Source: Eledone cirrhosa
Taxonomy: Eukaryota
Length of the DNA stretch: 64,000 nt
Direction: 5' to 3'
Assembly: GCA_964016885.1 (NCBI GenBank)
Contig: OZ024742.1
Span: 61,194,001-61,258,000 of the forward strand
Positions 60,345-64,000 of the stretch are shown here, piece after piece; position 1 is the stretch's first letter; each line of letters opens with the position of its first letter. The notes under the pieces were generated by a model. The model was not told the DNA's origin and searched no databases. It worked only from the letters and a program-made list of their open reading frames with translations. The translations under genes were made by a program, and so were the position numbers.

Positions 60345-62097
60345 TAAGCAGAGAGTAGTTGATTTAGGAGTTGCAGAAACCCAATACTGGATATTACCAA
60401 TCTTCCAGGGGTCCGGGTATAATTTTCAATCATATTTTATTTGTTTGACCCGAATTACTTGGTCGTTTCTATGGCTGGGTGGATAATGGTTTAACCATCG
60501 TCTCAGTGTGTTTGGCCTTTTAACTTATGTTGTTGCTCTAGTTCACTAGCTTCTATGGAGCGCTTGCCACACATCTCGGAAGTTCTTTTTCGCTAATTTC
60601 CAATAGCCGAAATTCTATTCTCGGTAATTTATATTTGTATATATATATATATATAATAAAGTACATATCCCTACACGCACAAGGACTGTCCGTTTATTTT
60701 AGAGACTCGAAACCGATTCGGTAAAGGTAACCATAGTAAGTAAATTTAATTTTTTTAAATTTATTTTGAAACTTTTTCTTATTTGCTAAACCTGATTATA
60801 TATATATATATATATTTCGGCAGATAAAAACAATAATCCAGTGTCCTTGTGATACCAGAGATCTTAACGGTAACCCGTACGAATTGGAATCTCCTTGGCA
60901 TTATGTTGTATGGAAAAGAAACAATATGGAATCAAAAGTAGGTGAAATTTACCTATTAAGTAAATCTACCCTACATTGGAAACTCTATAGTAAGGTAGAG
61001 TTAGAGTAAGTTTGTAGCTGATAGTAGTTTAGAATATTTGTGTGAGCAGCTGCCTCGACCTTTTGTTAATGATTCGTTCCTACTACTTTATTACTGCACA
61101 GGTTTGAATATATATCTTAGAATACACAATCAAATTATTCCGACTATGTATAACAGAATGAAATCAAAATATCCGGTATTTTAAAATCACTTTATTAAAT
61201 AAACAAGTCATTCTCTCTTCATCTTGATCATTAGTGATATACGTGAAGAAAGTTAATGAGTATAATTTTTACAAGAAGTTTAGTTAACAGTTCATCTTAT
61301 ATTAAAGAAGCTTAATTTATTTGAACACAATAATAAGAAAAAACTGAATTAAATTAAATATCATCACAATCATAGACCATTAGAACATTTATCTCTGTTT
61401 TGAAACGAATTGTTGATTCGGTCTAATGACACTTAGTTATCTGTATTAAGCACTTAATGAAATGGAATATTGAATCTAATTAACCACTACTTATTCCAAC
61501 CATTAGAAGTATTTATAAAATTAGGTAATTTTCGATATCGAAATTGTCGAACTAATTTTCGAATTAAGTAACAATTTAGTTATACTTTTGCTTTTCTTCA
61601 GTAATTCCTAAATTATATAACATTAACTATCAAAAACAATAAAGACTGCATTGAACATATATTGGTTTTCTTCCTAATTAATTATCGACGTAGTTTCGAT
61701 CTAAGCGTTGTAACACGATCTAAGCGAAATAAAATCATTTGGCCATGCTCTTCTACCTCCCCCACTTTCTTCTTCTTCTTCTTCTTCTTCTTCTTCTTCT
61801 TCTTCTTCTTCTTCTTCTTCTTCTTCTTCTTCTTCCGTCATCCCGACCATCTGCTACTGTTTTCAGATTCTGAATACCACTAGCGAGAATTTATATATTA
61901 TAATTGCAACTAATTGAAGATTTGTCGACTCACTAGATAACCTATCTATAGCACCACTGTCACAGACACACGCATACACACATTCACAAACACACACTAA
62001 CACGCATATATATGATATGCATACATACATATATATATTATATATATATATAGGATGGAAAACGAAGATTCAGTGATGCATCGAGACTCAATTTATT

Positions 62098-62191
62098 AAC
62101 GTATTACAATTGTTTCTCCGGCGAACAGTTCGAGGTACGATCTATTTGTGGATCGATACTGACTCTGGATTCGCAAGATCCTCAGATATAT
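62098..62191 (-). ncRNA. Type I hammerhead ribozyme with long helix II
   Basis: tat CTGAGGA tct-t-gcgaa..ttcgc-c-gga GAAA caattg TA atacgtt AATAAA; the 5' arm of stem I runs into (TA)n. Confidence 0.7.
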
Positions 62192-62200
62192 ATATATATA

Positions 62201-62403
62201 TTAAAATAACAGATTAAAGATTCGCTGCTTTCACCCTTAACGGGATCTTCAGATGATACCGTTAAGGGTGAAAGAAACGATTCTTTGCTTAAACTTTAAT
62301 CTCTTATTTTAATAAATATTTGCACTATGGTTCTTATATATTTGATATATATTTAACCTTATCGAGCCCTCTTTGAGCCCTCTTCACGTTTATTCTTATT
62401 ACT
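62201..62403 (+). mobile_element. Family G truncated PLE end with inverted HHR-like halves
   Basis: Minus strand CTGAAGA tccc-gttaa-gggt GAAA is fused to a plus-strand copy; the cleavage site is atypical (GA); tail matches 3698-3823. Confidence 0.6.
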
Positions 62404-62606
62404 ATATATATATATATATATATATCAAAGAGGGTGTGGCAAAATACCAAGTGGACCATAACCCACCAGAGTACTCGATACTTGGGGTAGTAGAGTGGGT
62501 AATATGATCTAGCTGTCGAAACGGTCGTAGCTCAGCCGTCGGGGTCCTGAATCTTTTCATATATATATATATATATATATATATCTTTTCATATATATAT
62601 ATACAT

Positions 62607-63209
62607 ATGGTGGCTGCCAACTCGTTTTCGAGTACGGCCACTACTTTATATCCATGTAGGCGAACCCCTACCGATGCGCTGAACGAGTGACTTTTTAGTC
62701 CAGCCAGCGACTTGGAAACTCTGGTACAAACACTACACTTGTCACAATTATTGACACATAGTGCTGGACCCATGGTACCATGTGATGACAAGTGCAGAGA
62801 GATCTCCAGATATAAAGCAATGCCTGTGCCGTGAAGCTTTTATAGTGAGCAAAGGCACTGCACAAAGCCAGTACCACTCTCTTAACCACTCTCTTTACCA
62901 AAAAGAAGAACACGTCAACATCATTGGATACCATCAGGATTGCAGGTGTTATATCAGAGTTTTCCTTCTCCTAGAATTCTGCCTTGACAAAGGCTAATGG
63001 GTCATCTCTCCCGGTGATTTTGGATGGCCATTGACTCTTAAGAGCTCCTTTGCCCTTTGTCGGGTTTTGTTTTTAATCCTGCAGGATGTCCAAAGTCACC
63101 CTTCTCACCAAGAAACCTTGGTGGGGTTGCCAGTTTAGTCGCCAACGACCCGACCATGAGACAGGTTGTACTGGGATATGTTACCAGTAGCACCAACTGG
63201 TGACCTGAC
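62607..63209 (-). mobile_element. Non-autonomous RTE derivative (family I), second copy
   Basis: End-to-end homolog of 9014-9616. Confidence 0.8.
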
Positions 63210-63210
63210 C

Positions 63211-63476
63211 ATAGCGGAGGTTCGTTTTCTCGGTGGGACGCCGCTCTGCGACCTGCGGACCGCGCGCCATCCAGCCTGACGGGAACGGGTCGCGACGACG
63301 GATCGAAGGGGAAGTGCGTCCGATGCCGTCACCCCGCGAATCGTAACGCCGGCTAGGCGGTCGGCGGTCGACCCGTAGAAACGAGAGACCGCCGCCGACG
63401 AGATCGCCGACGACGACGGCGCCTTCAAACAGCAGCGGACTGAGTCCCCTCGCGATCGCGGTGAACGGTCCTACCC
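63211..63476 (-). pseudogene. Probable 28S rRNA fragment (D2/ES7 region)
   Basis: Abruptly GC/CpG-rich. Minus strand GGGTAGGACCG..GAGGGGACTCAG and CGCACTTCCCC..CGTCGCGACCCGTTCCCGTCAGGCTGGATGGC resemble animal 28S D2 landmarks as recalled; not database-checked. Confidence 0.6.
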
Positions 63477-63663
63477 TATATGACAAGATATCACACTTTG
63501 TAATATGTTGAGTGCTAAAGCCTGCGACCACAGTTGATTAATAAGTACAATTGAAAAACAATTAACGATTATCGAACACGAACGGACCAAATATATGTAT
63601 GATTATCTCTCTCTCCCTCTCTCTCTCCCTCGCTCTCTCCCTCTCTCTCTCTCTCTCTCGCTG

Positions 63664-63727
<64 letters not shown>

Positions 63728-63810
63728 GAGAGAGAGTGAGAGAAACAGGCAGACAGACAGACAGGTGTAGATGTATACAGACTTACATCAGCTGTCGGGG
63801 TCCTGAATCT

Positions 63811-63876
<66 letters not shown>

Positions 63877-64000
63877 AGATTCAAGACCCCGACGACTGAG
63901 CTCCGACCGTTTTGACAGCTAGATCATAAGTGTGTATATGAAAGCATATAAGATAATCAGGGAATGTCATAAAAAGCAGGTCAGATGCATATCAGCGAAT

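Noticed and set aside
63135-63531. GC-rich ORFs suggesting a bacterial gene
   Set aside because: They cross repeat boundaries and have no recognisable domain; an rRNA fragment explains the segment better

Overview
Repeat-saturated, AT-rich animal DNA, probably cephalopod (Octopus-like; inferred from the Nin- and Meta-domain tRNA SINEs and the dense (TA)n/(CA)n tracts). No host gene can be supported, and almost all listed ORFs are microsatellite artefacts. Identifiable content: four long Penelope-like elements (PLEs; RT plus C-terminal GIY-YIG) of at least three types, one with an uninterrupted 585-codon frame; a near full-length R4/Dong LINE sitting in (TACA)n; RTE and CRE-like LINE fragments; two copies of a 600-bp internally deleted RTE, one fused to a probable 28S rRNA fragment; a non-autonomous Helitron; many SINEs. 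The main signal not shown by the ORF track is about 12 well-formed and about 8 variant or degenerate type I hammerhead ribozymes (HHRs). They belong to several unrelated families, and nearly all lie in short modules next to (TA)n. The best candidate novel system is an ORF-less, highly structured ~468-nt HHR unit: a tandem pair at 17180-17989 with diverged relatives at 58446-58882 and 10275-10558. It looks like a retrozyme/circular-RNA element, and its two tandem copies differ only at the cleavage site. All folding and alignment was done by eye.
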